Source of the DNA: Acidobacteria bacterium 13_1_20CM_3_53_8
GTDB taxonomy: Bacteria > Acidobacteriota > Blastocatellia > Pyrinomonadales > Pyrinomonadaceae
Reading direction: 5' to 3'
Assembly (NCBI GenBank): GCA_001920415.1
Contig: MNJR01000004.1
Coordinates: 1,479-65,478 of the forward strand
DNA length: 64,000 nucleotides
The position numbers were made by a program, and so were the translations under genes. The notes below the pieces were generated by a model, which was not told the origin of the DNA, made no database searches, and saw nothing but the letters and a program-made list of their open reading frames with translations. This document shows positions 8,562-18,465 of this stretch, in pieces. Each line of letters starts with the position of its first letter. The first letter of the stretch is position 1.

Positions 8562-10388
8562 CTAGCTTCTTCCCGTCTTCGTATTGAACGGCCAGTCGGC
8601 GGCGAGCGCTGGCGGGATGTTTATCTTGATGCCCAGATAGTCGCGCATGACACCTTGAAGATTGCCTACCTGCTCCTCTTCATTGCGGCGCATGAACTCG
8701 CTGCGCTCTTCGTCGGGCGTGATGACGAAGAAGAGGCGCGGGATGTCTCGCGTCGCAGTCATCTTCGCCAACTGCCGTGGATCGCTCACGGCGGCGTCCA
8801 GGTAATCGCCTTCATCGAAGTTGCGCACGTGACATTGTATGCAGGTCATGCCGCGTTCTTCAAAGAGGCGGCGACGCGGGTCGCGCAACGAAGTTTCTTC
8901 GACCATGAACTTGCTCTTGAAGCCGCGCGAGAGCGACGAGGCATCAATGATGCTGGGTTGTGGCGCGCCGCTTCCTGCGCCTTCATGCTCGTCTGGAATA
9001 GCCACGTTCACGTGATCGTCTGCGTCAATGAGCCTGTCCCAGCCTTTGATGAAAGTCGGACTGTTTGGATTAAAACGAGGAGCAGGCGCAGGCGCGTAAG
9101 CAGTCCCAGCCGGATTCGGTTTTATAGAAGTTGCGAAGCCATCAATAGGAAGATTCGCTAATGCTAGAACACGCGCGCCTCCTCTCTCTACAGGAACAAC
9201 TTTCATCACGCCCAAAGCCCAGCCGTTGCCGCGCAAATATCTCCCCTGAGAATCGAGCGCATCGTCGCCGCCGAGCCGCGCGTTGTGCGGAAGCGCAGCA
9301 AAATTCGCCTGCATGTTCGGGTCTGCCGGGTCGCTGTAAGTAACTACCTTCGTGATGAAATCCGCCAGAGCTTCACCATACTTCTGTCTATCGCTAGCGA
9401 CGAACGGTTTCAAGTTTGCGCCATCAAAGAACTCGTCATGAAACAGGCGCGCGAAAGTCTGGTTGTTCTTCTGTCTAACTTCATCGGGTCGCCCTGCGTC
9501 TTTGCCGCGCACAACGCGCATTCGCGGCATAAGGTAAACAGGCTCAGCCGCGACCACGTTGCGATAGACCAGGCGAAGTTCAAACACTTTCTTATTCATG
9601 CGCGGTCGCACCATGACGAGCCGCCAGTTCTCTGCATTCCATTGCTGGTTGAAGCGCGGGCTGTCCGGGTCAATCTCTTCGTTGTGATGAAGCGCCGCCA
9701 AGTTTTTAAGAGCATCACGGAAAAGCTGAGCGCCAGTAGTAGGCTTGATGTTGCTGCCTGCTGTTATCTGTTTGCTAGCCTCTATCTGCGCTATGCGGTC
9801 GAAGAGCGCGACGATAGGCCAACGCTGATTCGCCGCAGCGAGTCTTTCGGGGTCTGTGATTGAGACGAGCGTTTCGACAGCGAGCGAGCCGGGCTGCGGC
9901 GTAGGGAGCACGACCGCCTGCGGTTCTATGTTGATGCTGAATGATTTCAAGAGCGTGCGTCTAACGTCACCTGTGCCGCGCGTAAACTCCGTTATGCGAA
10001 CCGCAAAGTCACCGCTTCGACCATCCGAGACTTGCGGCGTCCAGTCAACGGTCAGAGTCCTCTCGTTGTATTTAGCAGACGCAGGTTTTTGGACAAGCTC
10101 TACGCGCACGTCGTCCGATTCTTCATCAATCACCGAAATGCCAAAAGTTATGCGCTGGCCTATTCCTACACGAGTGAATCTAACGGGAGCCATTTCGGGT
10201 GCTTGATTTGATTGCTGCCCGAAGCCGCGACCGGGCGAAGGCACTTGATTCACCAGCCTGTATGCAGCAACAGGCATGAAGCGCGGGGCAAAGAGCGACA
10301 GTGCGAAGAGAAGGAAGAGCGCAACGGAGAGAAGTTTTACTCTTCTGTTGCGCGACTTACCTGCCGAGGGATTAAAACTTTCTCTCAT
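8562..10388 (-). CDS. Secreted or membrane-anchored protein of unknown function with one CxxCH motif near the C-terminus
   Basis: 608-aa ORF with an N-terminal hydrophobic segment (KLLSVALFLLFALSLFAP). MTCIQCHVRNFDEGDY is the only heme-c-like motif. I recognise no family. Confidence 0.65.
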   Translation of the reverse strand: MRESFNPSAGKSRNRRVKLLSVALFLLFALSLFAPRFMPVAAYRLVNQVPSPGRGFGQQSNQAPEMAPVRFTRVGIGQRITFGISVIDEESDDVRVELVQKPASAKYNERTLTVDWTPQVSDGRSGDFAVRITEFTRGTGDVRRTLLKSFSINIEPQAVVLPTPQPGSLAVETLVSITDPERLAAANQRWPIVALFDRIAQIEASKQITAGSNIKPTTGAQLFRDALKNLAALHHNEEIDPDSPRFNQQWNAENWRLVMVRPRMNKKVFELRLVYRNVVAAEPVYLMPRMRVVRGKDAGRPDEVRQKNNQTFARLFHDEFFDGANLKPFVASDRQKYGEALADFITKVVTYSDPADPNMQANFAALPHNARLGGDDALDSQGRYLRGNGWALGVMKVVPVERGGARVLALANLPIDGFATSIKPNPAGTAYAPAPAPRFNPNSPTFIKGWDRLIDADDHVNVAIPDEHEGAGSGAPQPSIIDASSLSRGFKSKFMVEETSLRDPRRRLFEERGMTCIQCHVRNFDEGDYLDAAVSDPRQLAKMTATRDIPRLFFVITPDEERSEFMRRNEEEQVGNLQGVMRDYLGIKINIPPALAADWPFNTKTGRS

Positions 10389-10498
10389 GATCTCTCAAAG
10401 AAATTTCTGGCGACCCGTTGAAGCGGACGATGAAAGCAGCGCTGTTTTGCCCCGACTCAGATGAAGAGGTCTTGCGCTTCACGTCTCACAGCATTCGA

Positions 10499-11074
10499 TC
10501 ACTGTGCGACGAAGTTATAGACGAGCACACCCCTTACCTTTACAGGCTGGCCCGATAATCTGGTTGGCGCGAACTTAGCCTGTCGTGCCGCTTGCACTGC
10601 TGCCTGCTGCAATAGCGGATGGCCGGACACGGCGCGAGCAAATATGACGTTGCCCTCCTCGTCAATCGTAACCTGAACCACAACCGTCCCCGTAGCATGC
10701 GCAGCACGGGCTACGGGCGGGTAAGCAGGTTTAGGCAGACTTATGGCCTTGCCGTTTAGTACGCCTCCCTCTATAACCGTTCTCGGTGGCAGCGGAGATG
10801 GGCGAGGCTGAGGCGGCAGAGGCTCTTCGGGCACGCCCGTTCCGGGTTCAACGTTTCTGCTTCCGAGCACCACCGGTCTTTCGGACACAGGTGGAACACT
10901 GTCCGTTATCCCACGCACTCTAATGACTCTTCTCTTCGAGTGTTTAGCGCGAGCGACTCTGTGCCTACGATGCTTCTGCGGCAACGGTGTGGCCGCGAAA
11001 CTTACTACGCTCAGAGACAGAAGCACAAACGCGGCCAGAGCTAAACGTGCAAATGGCTTGAGAAGTTTAGACAT
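10499..11074 (-). CDS. TonB-family energy transducer (Pro-rich linker plus TonB C-terminal domain)
   Basis: N-terminal anchor, then the linker PEEPLPPQPRPSPLPP, then PKPAYPPVARAAHATGTVVVQVTIDEEGNV...AKFAPT. An AGGAGG Shine-Dalgarno sequence precedes the ATG. Confidence 0.85.
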   Translation of the reverse strand: MSKLLKPFARLALAAFVLLSLSVVSFAATPLPQKHRRHRVARAKHSKRRVIRVRGITDSVPPVSERPVVLGSRNVEPGTGVPEEPLPPQPRPSPLPPRTVIEGGVLNGKAISLPKPAYPPVARAAHATGTVVVQVTIDEEGNVIFARAVSGHPLLQQAAVQAARQAKFAPTRLSGQPVKVRGVLVYNFVAQ

Positions 11075-11266
11075 TTGAATTCCTCCTATCGAGTTCGCGC
11101 CTGTTCAGAGCAAAAGCGCAAGACCGAAAACCCTTGCGAAGAATTAAGAGCGGCGGGAGACAAACAGCTTTCCTCTGCTGGCTTTATATTCAAACCTGAG
11201 AGAGAAAGTTGTCAAGCAGACACTTCTGCGCCATAGGGACGATTCATTCTTGATAGAAAAGAGTTA

Positions 11267-11338
11267 TCCACTAAATCACACTAAACGACACGAAACTGCT
11301 TGAAGCTCCCTTCGTGTCGTTTAGTGTGATTTGGTGGA
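11267..11338. repeat. Family-B hairpin (28-bp arms, one G-T mismatch), downstream of the sigma-54 regulator gene
   Basis: tccactaaatcacactaaacgacacgaa (11267-11294) pairs with ttcgtgtcgtttagtgtgatttggtgga (11311-11338). Confidence 0.85.
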
Positions 11339-11384
11339 CGACTTCTCCTCTTATAAGGCCCATGAAGACGGAAACAATTTCTAT

Positions 11385-12791
11385 TCAGCCGCGACGATCA
11401 AGGTTGTAGTCGCGCAGGCGGCGGTAGAGCGTAGAAGGAGAGATGCCCAGGATTTCGGCTGCTTTGGCGCGATGCCAGCCCGTCTGTTCGAGCGCGGCCA
11501 GAATCTGCTGTCGCTCGACTTCGCGCAATGAAGCGGGTGCGCCTTCACCAGCTTGCGCGTCCGCGCTGTCCGCAGGGCGCGCGGCTGCGATTACTGGAAT
11601 GAAAGGCGCGCCCGATTGCGTAACTTCGGGCGGCAGTTCTTTCGTTGTTATCCGCCCGTCGTTTGCGAGCAGCACGGCGCGCTCAAGACAGTTGCGCAGT
11701 TGACGAACGTTGCCGGGCCAACTGTAGGTGCGAAGCGCGTTGAGCACTTCCGGCGTCAACTCCGGCGGATTCGCGCTACACAATTGTTTCAAGATGTGAT
11801 GCGCCAGAGGTTCTATGTCTTCGCGTCGCTCGCGCAGTGGCGTGAGGTGAATCTCGAATCCGTTGACGCGGTAGAGCAGGTCTGAACGAAACTGCCCGAT
11901 GCCTACTACTTCATCAAGATTGCGATTCGTGGCGGCGACTATACGCACGTTGACTTCAACCTTTCTGACACCGCCCACACGGAAGAAGGTGCGAGTCTCA
12001 ATGGCGCGAAGAAGCTTGGCCTGAAGCTGTGTGGGCAATTCTGTTATCTCGTCAAGAAAGAGCGTGCCGCGATCCGCCAGTTCAATCAGACCTAGCTTTC
12101 TGGCTTTCGCGCCTGAGAACGCGCCCGCTTCGTATCCAAAGAGTTCCGATTCGAGAAGCGTTTCCTGAAACGCAGCGCAGTTCAGATCAATAAAGCTCGC
12201 ATCCGAACGATTCGACAACCGGTGAAGAGCATGAGCAACAAGCTCTTTGCCCGTGCCAGACTCGCCCGTGATTAGAACGGAAGTGTCCGAAGGAGCGACG
12301 CGCTCAATCAAACGCACGGCCTCGCTCATCTGCTCAGAGACCGATACGATTTCGGGCATGGGCGACTGCCGCTCTAACTGCGCGCGAAGCCGCTGATTAT
12401 CAACACGAAGGGCGCGCTTCTCCGCAGCCTGTTTTACCAGCGCATCGAGTTCAGTAATCCTGTATGGTTTCGTCAGGTAATCGTAAGCGCCCAGCTTCAT
12501 AGCCTCAATCGCTGTCTCAACCGTCGCGTGGCCTGTCAGCATTATTACTTCGGGCGGGTTGGGACGTTCGTGCACTCGGCGCAAGAGTTCCATGCCGTCC
12601 ATGCGCGGCATGTTTATGTCGCAGAGCATCACGTCAACATTGCTCTCTTCCAATTTGCGAAGCGCGGCCTCGCCATCGGGCGCTGCATGCACTCTGTAGC
12701 CCAGTCGCTGCAACTCTTTTTGAAGCACGAGACGCAGGTTGGCCTCGTCCTCCGCTATCAGAAGTCTAGCTTTCGCCTGCTGTTCGCTCAA
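11385..12791 (-). CDS. Sigma-54-dependent response regulator (NtrC family: receiver + AAA+ + Fis-type HTH)
   Basis: Motifs DVMLCDINMPRMDG, Walker A GESGTGKE, GAFSGA (the GAFTGA loop) and C-terminal AAEILGISPSTLYRRL. The gene overlaps the upstream kinase gene by 4 nt. Confidence 0.95.
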   Translation of the reverse strand: MSEQQAKARLLIAEDEANLRLVLQKELQRLGYRVHAAPDGEAALRKLEESNVDVMLCDINMPRMDGMELLRRVHERPNPPEVIMLTGHATVETAIEAMKLGAYDYLTKPYRITELDALVKQAAEKRALRVDNQRLRAQLERQSPMPEIVSVSEQMSEAVRLIERVAPSDTSVLITGESGTGKELVAHALHRLSNRSDASFIDLNCAAFQETLLESELFGYEAGAFSGAKARKLGLIELADRGTLFLDEITELPTQLQAKLLRAIETRTFFRVGGVRKVEVNVRIVAATNRNLDEVVGIGQFRSDLLYRVNGFEIHLTPLRERREDIEPLAHHILKQLCSANPPELTPEVLNALRTYSWPGNVRQLRNCLERAVLLANDGRITTKELPPEVTQSGAPFIPVIAAARPADSADAQAGEGAPASLREVERQQILAALEQTGWHRAKAAEILGISPSTLYRRLRDYNLDRRG

Positions 12792-14848
12792 CCTACTGTC
12801 TCCCCTTCGCGCCCCTTTGCGGCGGCTGGCAATCGTATGGTGAACGTAGTGCCCGCGCCGATTGCGGACTTCACATCAAGCCGCCCGCCGTGATCCTCTA
12901 CGATACCATAACAGACGGCCAGGCCAAGCCCTGTGCCGCGCCCAACCTCTTTCGTAGTAAAGAAGGGATCGAAGATTTTAGTCAGATTTTCCGGCGCTAT
13001 CCCTAACCCTGTGTCGCTCACTTCGACTATCACATGGCCGTCTTCGTTTCGCGCGCGAAGCGTCAAGCGTCCGCCGTCAGGCATAGCATCAATCGCGTTG
13101 GTTGCGAGCGCAATCACGGCCTGCTGCAACTGCCCTTCGTCGCCTTCGATTATGGCCGTATCCTCGCCGACTTCAACGTGAATCTCAACACGCGCGCCGC
13201 GCTTTTGATGTGCGACGAGCCGTGCGGCTGACGCAAGCACGCCCGGCAGATTAACGGGCGCGTGCTCTCCTACGGCGCGTGTGTGGCTGAAATCTAATAG
13301 CCCGTTCGTAATAGTCTTGCAACGAAAAGCCTCGCTGCGAATGATGCCCAAATATTCCCTCAAATCTTCGACCTCTGAGGAAGCGTCGAACGCGCCTTCA
13401 CGCGCGCGCGATTCCAAGGCTTCGGCGCAGGCCGAGATGGTTGCGAGCGGGTTGTTTATCTCATGCACGACCCCGGCGGCGAGTCGTCCGACAGCCGCTA
13501 GCTTTTCGGCGCGAGCAACTGCTCGATTGGCCTGAACTCGCGCAGTGATGTCTTCGCCCACAGTGATTACGTGCGAGACTTCGCCGCCGTCTTCGGCGCG
13601 CATAGGGATTTTGCTGACAAGCCAGTGGCGAGTTTCGCCGCTCATTCCTGCGGACTCCTGTTCAATGCGTTCAATCTCTCCGGTCTTGAATGCGCGCGCG
13701 AACTCGCGTTCTAATCTTTCGCGGTTCTGCTTGGTCAACACATCGAAGATTTTTCTTCCCATCACGCGCCCGCGCGGAATACCCAGTTGGCCCAACTCAC
13801 GATTGCGATTCCACGCGACTATACGGTAATCGCGGTCAACCGCGTAGAGCGACAGTGGCAGGCTGTCAATAATAGCTTCTGTGAAGCGGCGCTGGCTTTC
13901 GGCCTCAGCCGTTCGTCGCTCGACTTCGCGCGCGAGCGTGACGGATGAAGCGCGCGCCGCAGCGTAGAGCGACGAGACGTGCGCGGCCAGCGCCGCCTGC
14001 TGAGCCGCAGCGTCAACCAATCTAGTAGCGTTTTCATTAAAATCCTTTTCGCGGTCGAACGAGACTATGAGCGCGCCGCGCGTGCGACTGCGAAACCTGA
14101 GCGGCGCGGCATACTCAATTTTGTGAGACGTATCAAGCAGAAAAAATTTTTCCTGCTCATTCAACAGAGCGGCGCGCGAAGCGGCTGGCGACGAGAGCCA
14201 TTGATTCATGCGCTCAATTTGAATCAAGTTCTCGCCTTCAGCGCTTCCTTCACGATCAAAGACGCAGACATGAGCGCCTCTCTCTTCATCTTTAATCACA
14301 GCCGCGCAGAGCGTTGCGCCAGTAGCTTCGTAGGTCATGCCCGCCACAATGCGAACGACCTGTTCAGGTTCCGTCGCGCGCAGCAAGCCCCGACCCAAAT
14401 CCGACAGGAACTGCAACTCGCGGTTTGTGCCAAGAAGATTCCACTCGCGCGCGGCAGCCTTCAGATGAGCGTTCACGCGCGAGACCAACTCACGCTCGCT
14501 CGAAGATTTCAGTATGTAATCGTCCGCCCCTGCGTTGAATGCTTCGACCTTGCGATTCTCGTCGTCGCTAGAAGTGTAGATGATTATGGGAAGTTTTTCC
14601 GTAGCTTCCTGCGCGCGCAGCAATCTGCATAGAGCGAGTCCGTCAACCTCCGGCATCGTCAAATCCAGCAGAACAAGGTCGCAGCCTTCCCTGTGCAGCG
14701 TGGAAAGGGCTGACGGCGCATCCTCGACCGAGACGACGCGATGCCCCTCGCCCCCAAAAATTTTTTCCAGACTGCGGCGCGTCTGCTCGTCGTCATCAAC
14801 GACCAGAACAGTTGCGCCTGTGGCGATTGCTTTTTCGGAAATCAGCAT
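12788..14848 (-). CDS. Hybrid sensor histidine kinase (N-terminal receiver, GAF/PAS-like sensor region, HisKA, HATPase_c)
   Basis: Receiver motif VLLDLTMPEVDG, H-box HEINNPLATI, then NAIDAM and GTGLGLAVCYGIVEDHGGRL. Confidence 0.9.
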   Translation of the reverse strand: MLISEKAIATGATVLVVDDDEQTRRSLEKIFGGEGHRVVSVEDAPSALSTLHREGCDLVLLDLTMPEVDGLALCRLLRAQEATEKLPIIIYTSSDDENRKVEAFNAGADDYILKSSSERELVSRVNAHLKAAAREWNLLGTNRELQFLSDLGRGLLRATEPEQVVRIVAGMTYEATGATLCAAVIKDEERGAHVCVFDREGSAEGENLIQIERMNQWLSSPAASRAALLNEQEKFFLLDTSHKIEYAAPLRFRSRTRGALIVSFDREKDFNENATRLVDAAAQQAALAAHVSSLYAAARASSVTLAREVERRTAEAESQRRFTEAIIDSLPLSLYAVDRDYRIVAWNRNRELGQLGIPRGRVMGRKIFDVLTKQNRERLEREFARAFKTGEIERIEQESAGMSGETRHWLVSKIPMRAEDGGEVSHVITVGEDITARVQANRAVARAEKLAAVGRLAAGVVHEINNPLATISACAEALESRAREGAFDASSEVEDLREYLGIIRSEAFRCKTITNGLLDFSHTRAVGEHAPVNLPGVLASAARLVAHQKRGARVEIHVEVGEDTAIIEGDEGQLQQAVIALATNAIDAMPDGGRLTLRARNEDGHVIVEVSDTGLGIAPENLTKIFDPFFTTKEVGRGTGLGLAVCYGIVEDHGGRLDVKSAIGAGTTFTIRLPAAAKGREGETVG

Positions 14849-15109
14849 CTTTTACAGAGGAGGACGACCGCTGGGCTGGAAGGCTCGCGCTGCCTGCGAG
14901 TGGTCGCTTAAAGACGCGCGCACTCGAATCGTCTGAGCGCGGCTTCAACTAACCGGGTCGGGATGGCATCAAACAGGCATGAGCGCCGCATCGCTCTCAA
15001 TTTAATTGAAAGCGATTGCAGGTAAGGATGTCAAGAGGATAAAAGCTTTGTTAACTTCCCATAGGATTCGGGAAAAGAATTATGAGGTTCAGCAGCAAGT
15101 GGATATATT

Positions 15110-15586
15110 CTAATTGTGAATGGCATCCACAATAAGCCGCGCGAATTGCTTCCTTAGCTGTTTCTCATCTTCGGCGTCAGAACCCTTAACATATATATAG
15201 ACCAAAAAATTATGCTTTCTAAAGACGAATGAGTTAAGACTACCCCATGAATAACCTTCTTCCCCTGAATCAGTGGAACTCCTATTCGCTCTCATGCTAG
15301 CGGCGAACTCTCGCATACTTTTTGCTGCCTCTTCCTGTGACGGGTAGCGAACAATTGTAATCTTCACTACTTTACCATCAGATGCCCACTGTTCTAATGC
15401 CACATCTCGACTGCCTTCAATAGGTGGGACCGAAGTATGGCTCCATCCTTGGTTTTGCTCTTCTACGGAACGTACTAGCCTATCTACGACATCAGACAAT
15501 TCTGCTGATTTACTTTGTGCTTTCGATAGTGCTGAAGCATAAAGCAAAACAATTACTGCAAAACATAACGCCGCTGGTTTTCTCAT
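15110..15586 (-). CDS. Small secreted protein of unknown function
   Basis: 158-aa ORF with signal peptide MRKPAALCFAVIVLLYASALSKA and an AGGAG Shine-Dalgarno sequence. It lies in an AT-rich island. Confidence 0.6.
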   Translation of the reverse strand: MRKPAALCFAVIVLLYASALSKAQSKSAELSDVVDRLVRSVEEQNQGWSHTSVPPIEGSRDVALEQWASDGKVVKITIVRYPSQEEAAKSMREFAASMRANRSSTDSGEEGYSWGSLNSFVFRKHNFLVYIYVKGSDAEDEKQLRKQFARLIVDAIHN

Positions 15587-15613
15587 GTGTGAACTCCTGA
15601 TTGAAAGCTCAGC

Positions 15614-16177
15614 TTAATTCTCTGGATTCTTCGGTACAACTTCAAACGTAATTGAAGAAGATTCAACCCAATCTTGACCAAGATTAAACCGGTGTTTGAG
15701 AGATAGCTGGTAATGCCCCGGCTGAAGCGTCTCATACCAATCATCCAGAAAGAGGTATCCGACTATTTTCGACTCATTCGAATTTAATTTAACAGCATAA
15801 ATATTACCTACAAAGGGGTCATCTTCTACCCCTTTTAAGATTTCATCCAGTCCTTTTTTGTAAGGTACAACTTGCCCGCCTCTTAATAGCTCAAGACGAT
15901 TTTGAAAATAGGGGTTTAAGATAGGTATTGTTACTTGTGCTAGAGATGTATTCGTCGCCTGAATCCGAAAATGAATTCTTGCTCCTACTTTATAAGGTTC
16001 TGTTAAGGCTCTGGGGTCTTCATTTAGTTCCAGCTTTCTCGGTAATAATTCCAGTCTAATAACCCTTGGGTTTTCCGGTGGCAAGCTGTTTTGGTTTCGA
16101 GTCTGCCCTTGGCCGGTAATCATCACATAACCGATAAGAAACAGCATCAATAAGAACGGAACATTTTGTTTCCTCAT
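15614..16177 (-). CDS. Small secreted protein of unknown function
   Basis: I prefer the start at the ATG at 16177 (MRKQNVPFLLMLFLIGYVMITG), which is preceded by AGGAG. The longer ORF reaching 16267 would overlap the upstream gene by 80 nt. Confidence 0.6.
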   Translation of the reverse strand: MRKQNVPFLLMLFLIGYVMITGQGQTRNQNSLPPENPRVIRLELLPRKLELNEDPRALTEPYKVGARIHFRIQATNTSLAQVTIPILNPYFQNRLELLRGGQVVPYKKGLDEILKGVEDDPFVGNIYAVKLNSNESKIVGYLFLDDWYETLQPGHYQLSLKHRFNLGQDWVESSSITFEVVPKNPEN

Positions 16178-16187
16178 GTCGCTACTC

Positions 16188-18281
16188 CTATGGGCAAGGG
16201 TGAAATTGTCTCTGGTTTCTGTATTCATAACTTGTAATGAACGCATTGATGACTCCTGTATAATCACCTGTGCGGTTTAATACATCAGTCCAAAAGGCAA
16301 GTCCGCCTGGCTCTGGATCCCTTTGCAGGAAATTTCGATAGCAGTGTGAAACAAAAGCTCGGTTGTAAACCGACGGATCGAAATTGGGTGATCCTGGCGG
16401 GTTTGCCATTGCCGGGTCTGTCTGCTGAAACTCAGCTGATCTAAAGAATTCATTGGCGACCACATTGCGTTGCGAACCGATGCAATTCCTATCAAATTCG
16501 CATCTAGCGATCTGGGAAGTCCAGAAGTCCAATCCTCCTTGATCCGGCTCACGTGAGAGAAAATCCCAATACTGCTGCTTAACGAAACATCGCGCACCAT
16601 CAATCATGTTGTTACTGAGCGCAGAATCTCCTGGGCACGCGCCATAGTTCGAATTAACAGTACCATGTAAAGTAGGTAAACTATTAATCCCGGCTAAGAA
16701 GATTGAAGGTGTATTGGAAAATTGTAGCCGATACTTTACGAAAGATACAGATGGATCAAAAATCACTTGGCCGTTCCATCTCCATCCGATGTAACTGAAT
16801 TGATAATTATTTTCCGTAGCAAGTTTCAGCGGCTGCTCATACATGGGAAGTAATGGGTCACCCACATAATAATAGACATAAGTCTGGAAGCGGTCATCAA
16901 CAAAAAGCAGATCATTCATAGAAAAGTAGATGGAAGATGGGTCATATGAATCAAGGGTATCAGCAGGAGGATCGAAAGCATTATACGTTAGAACATTCCC
17001 TTGAGAGAAGTTTGGGGCTGGATGCGCAAAAATAGTTACGGCATCAGAATCGAGTTGCCATCCTGTATCCACTTGATCCTGTGATTGCCGCACTGTAATA
17101 CACTCAAAGTTGCCGTTTCTAACATCATTTACACGTTTACGGAATGCGCTCACAAACTGTTTGATTTTTATGCCGCTCTGTGCAGGATCAGATAGATACT
17201 GGACAGAAGGTATTTGTACACGGGCTGTAAATATTATTCCGTCGTCAGCTCCGCCTTGATAACAGCCTAATGAATATATAGCTCCTGGTAAACCAGTGGT
17301 GCAATGTCTGTCTCTACTTACTTGGTCTGATGTAGATTGTGCCGTAAAACTTGAAAGGGTAGGTAGAATCACATTTACATTTACGGATGCAGGAATACTC
17401 ATTCCACTTTCGGAATAGGTAACCGATGCCTTGTAGCTGCCGGGCTTCTTCCAGCGAATAATTGGTGACGGGATATTCGTTCCACCTACTAGATCGTAAT
17501 CAGTCCCCTGCTGTCCCGTAAAACTCCACGCGTAAGTACCGCTTCCCGCCGGAGAGAGACTAGCTTGTAACCTGACATCTGCACCGATAAGCGCATTTTG
17601 CGTAGTACCACTAAGATTACCGCTCACTCTCGGATTTGTAATGCTGAGAGTTGGATTCGGGGTGAACGTAATATCATCAAAGCCTATTCCATATACGTCT
17701 GTGACGTTGTAGATACGTATTCTTGTGATCTTAGTGCCAAAAGAGCTTAGGTCGTCAAAAAGTGGATAATAGCTTGAGCCATAGTAGTTATTGATAGGAA
17801 CGGTTCGCGCATAAGTTCCATTTTCCCAAATGTCAATCTGGGCAATAGTACCGTAGTTATCAGGGCCTACAATATAAAAAGAAAGATTCTTCACAGGCCA
17901 CTTAAAGTCGAGAATGAGTTCATGATGAGAGTCGTATCCAGTGCCAGAGGTAACGAAATTTGGCGACGACGAGGTAACACAATAGCCGCAATAATTCCAT
18001 GTATGTGAAGGATGGTAAAAATTATCCTCAGAAGAGAAAGTAACTTGTGGATATTGTGAGCCGACGACAGTGTTATTTGGAAGATTGTCAAAATTTATGA
18101 TAACCGGATCTATCGCATCAGGACCATTATCGTCTTGCGCTATCGTTAGTTCAGTAAATGTAAAGACCAGGGCTATACATAACAGCACATAAAGGGAAAT
18201 CTTAAGTCTAATAATAGATCGCAAAGCAAATGAAATTGAGGAAGGCGAAGAGAATATACTACGGAGGGGGAAGCGCATCAC
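16188..18281 (-). CDS. Secreted multidomain protein with Ig/PKD-like middle region and two C-terminal DUF4214 repeats
   Basis: N-terminal hydrophobic anchor. The DUF4214-type motifs are QQYWDFLSREPDQGGLDFWTSQI and CYRNFLQRDPEPGGLAFWTDVLN. It is a paralogue of the tail of the protein encoded at 22845-24398. Confidence 0.8.
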   Translation of the reverse strand: MMRFPLRSIFSSPSSISFALRSIIRLKISLYVLLCIALVFTFTELTIAQDDNGPDAIDPVIINFDNLPNNTVVGSQYPQVTFSSEDNFYHPSHTWNYCGYCVTSSSPNFVTSGTGYDSHHELILDFKWPVKNLSFYIVGPDNYGTIAQIDIWENGTYARTVPINNYYGSSYYPLFDDLSSFGTKITRIRIYNVTDVYGIGFDDITFTPNPTLSITNPRVSGNLSGTTQNALIGADVRLQASLSPAGSGTYAWSFTGQQGTDYDLVGGTNIPSPIIRWKKPGSYKASVTYSESGMSIPASVNVNVILPTLSSFTAQSTSDQVSRDRHCTTGLPGAIYSLGCYQGGADDGIIFTARVQIPSVQYLSDPAQSGIKIKQFVSAFRKRVNDVRNGNFECITVRQSQDQVDTGWQLDSDAVTIFAHPAPNFSQGNVLTYNAFDPPADTLDSYDPSSIYFSMNDLLFVDDRFQTYVYYYVGDPLLPMYEQPLKLATENNYQFSYIGWRWNGQVIFDPSVSFVKYRLQFSNTPSIFLAGINSLPTLHGTVNSNYGACPGDSALSNNMIDGARCFVKQQYWDFLSREPDQGGLDFWTSQIARCEFDRNCIGSQRNVVANEFFRSAEFQQTDPAMANPPGSPNFDPSVYNRAFVSHCYRNFLQRDPEPGGLAFWTDVLNRTGDYTGVINAFITSYEYRNQRQFHPCP

Positions 18282-18400
18282 ATTATCCTTTTGTAATGTA
18301 GAGCGTTAACGTGAGATTAAGCAGGAGCAAGACTCGTTGAAGAGTGAGGCTCTAGCTTGTCTGAGAATTATAAAACCGTAAAGACCCTGTGATGCGGGGG

Positions 18401-18429
18401 ACTCTACTCTCGTTACTTATAGCTGTCAA
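18401..18429 (-). promoter_or_regulatory. Candidate sigma-70-type promoter for the 16188-18281 gene
   Basis: On the minus strand: TTGACA (18429-18424), a 17-nt spacer, then TAGAGT (18406-18401). It sits about 120 nt upstream of the start codon. Confidence 0.3.
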
Positions 18430-18465
18430 GAGGTTTTTATTTTTATTCTGCTCTATCCGAATTTA

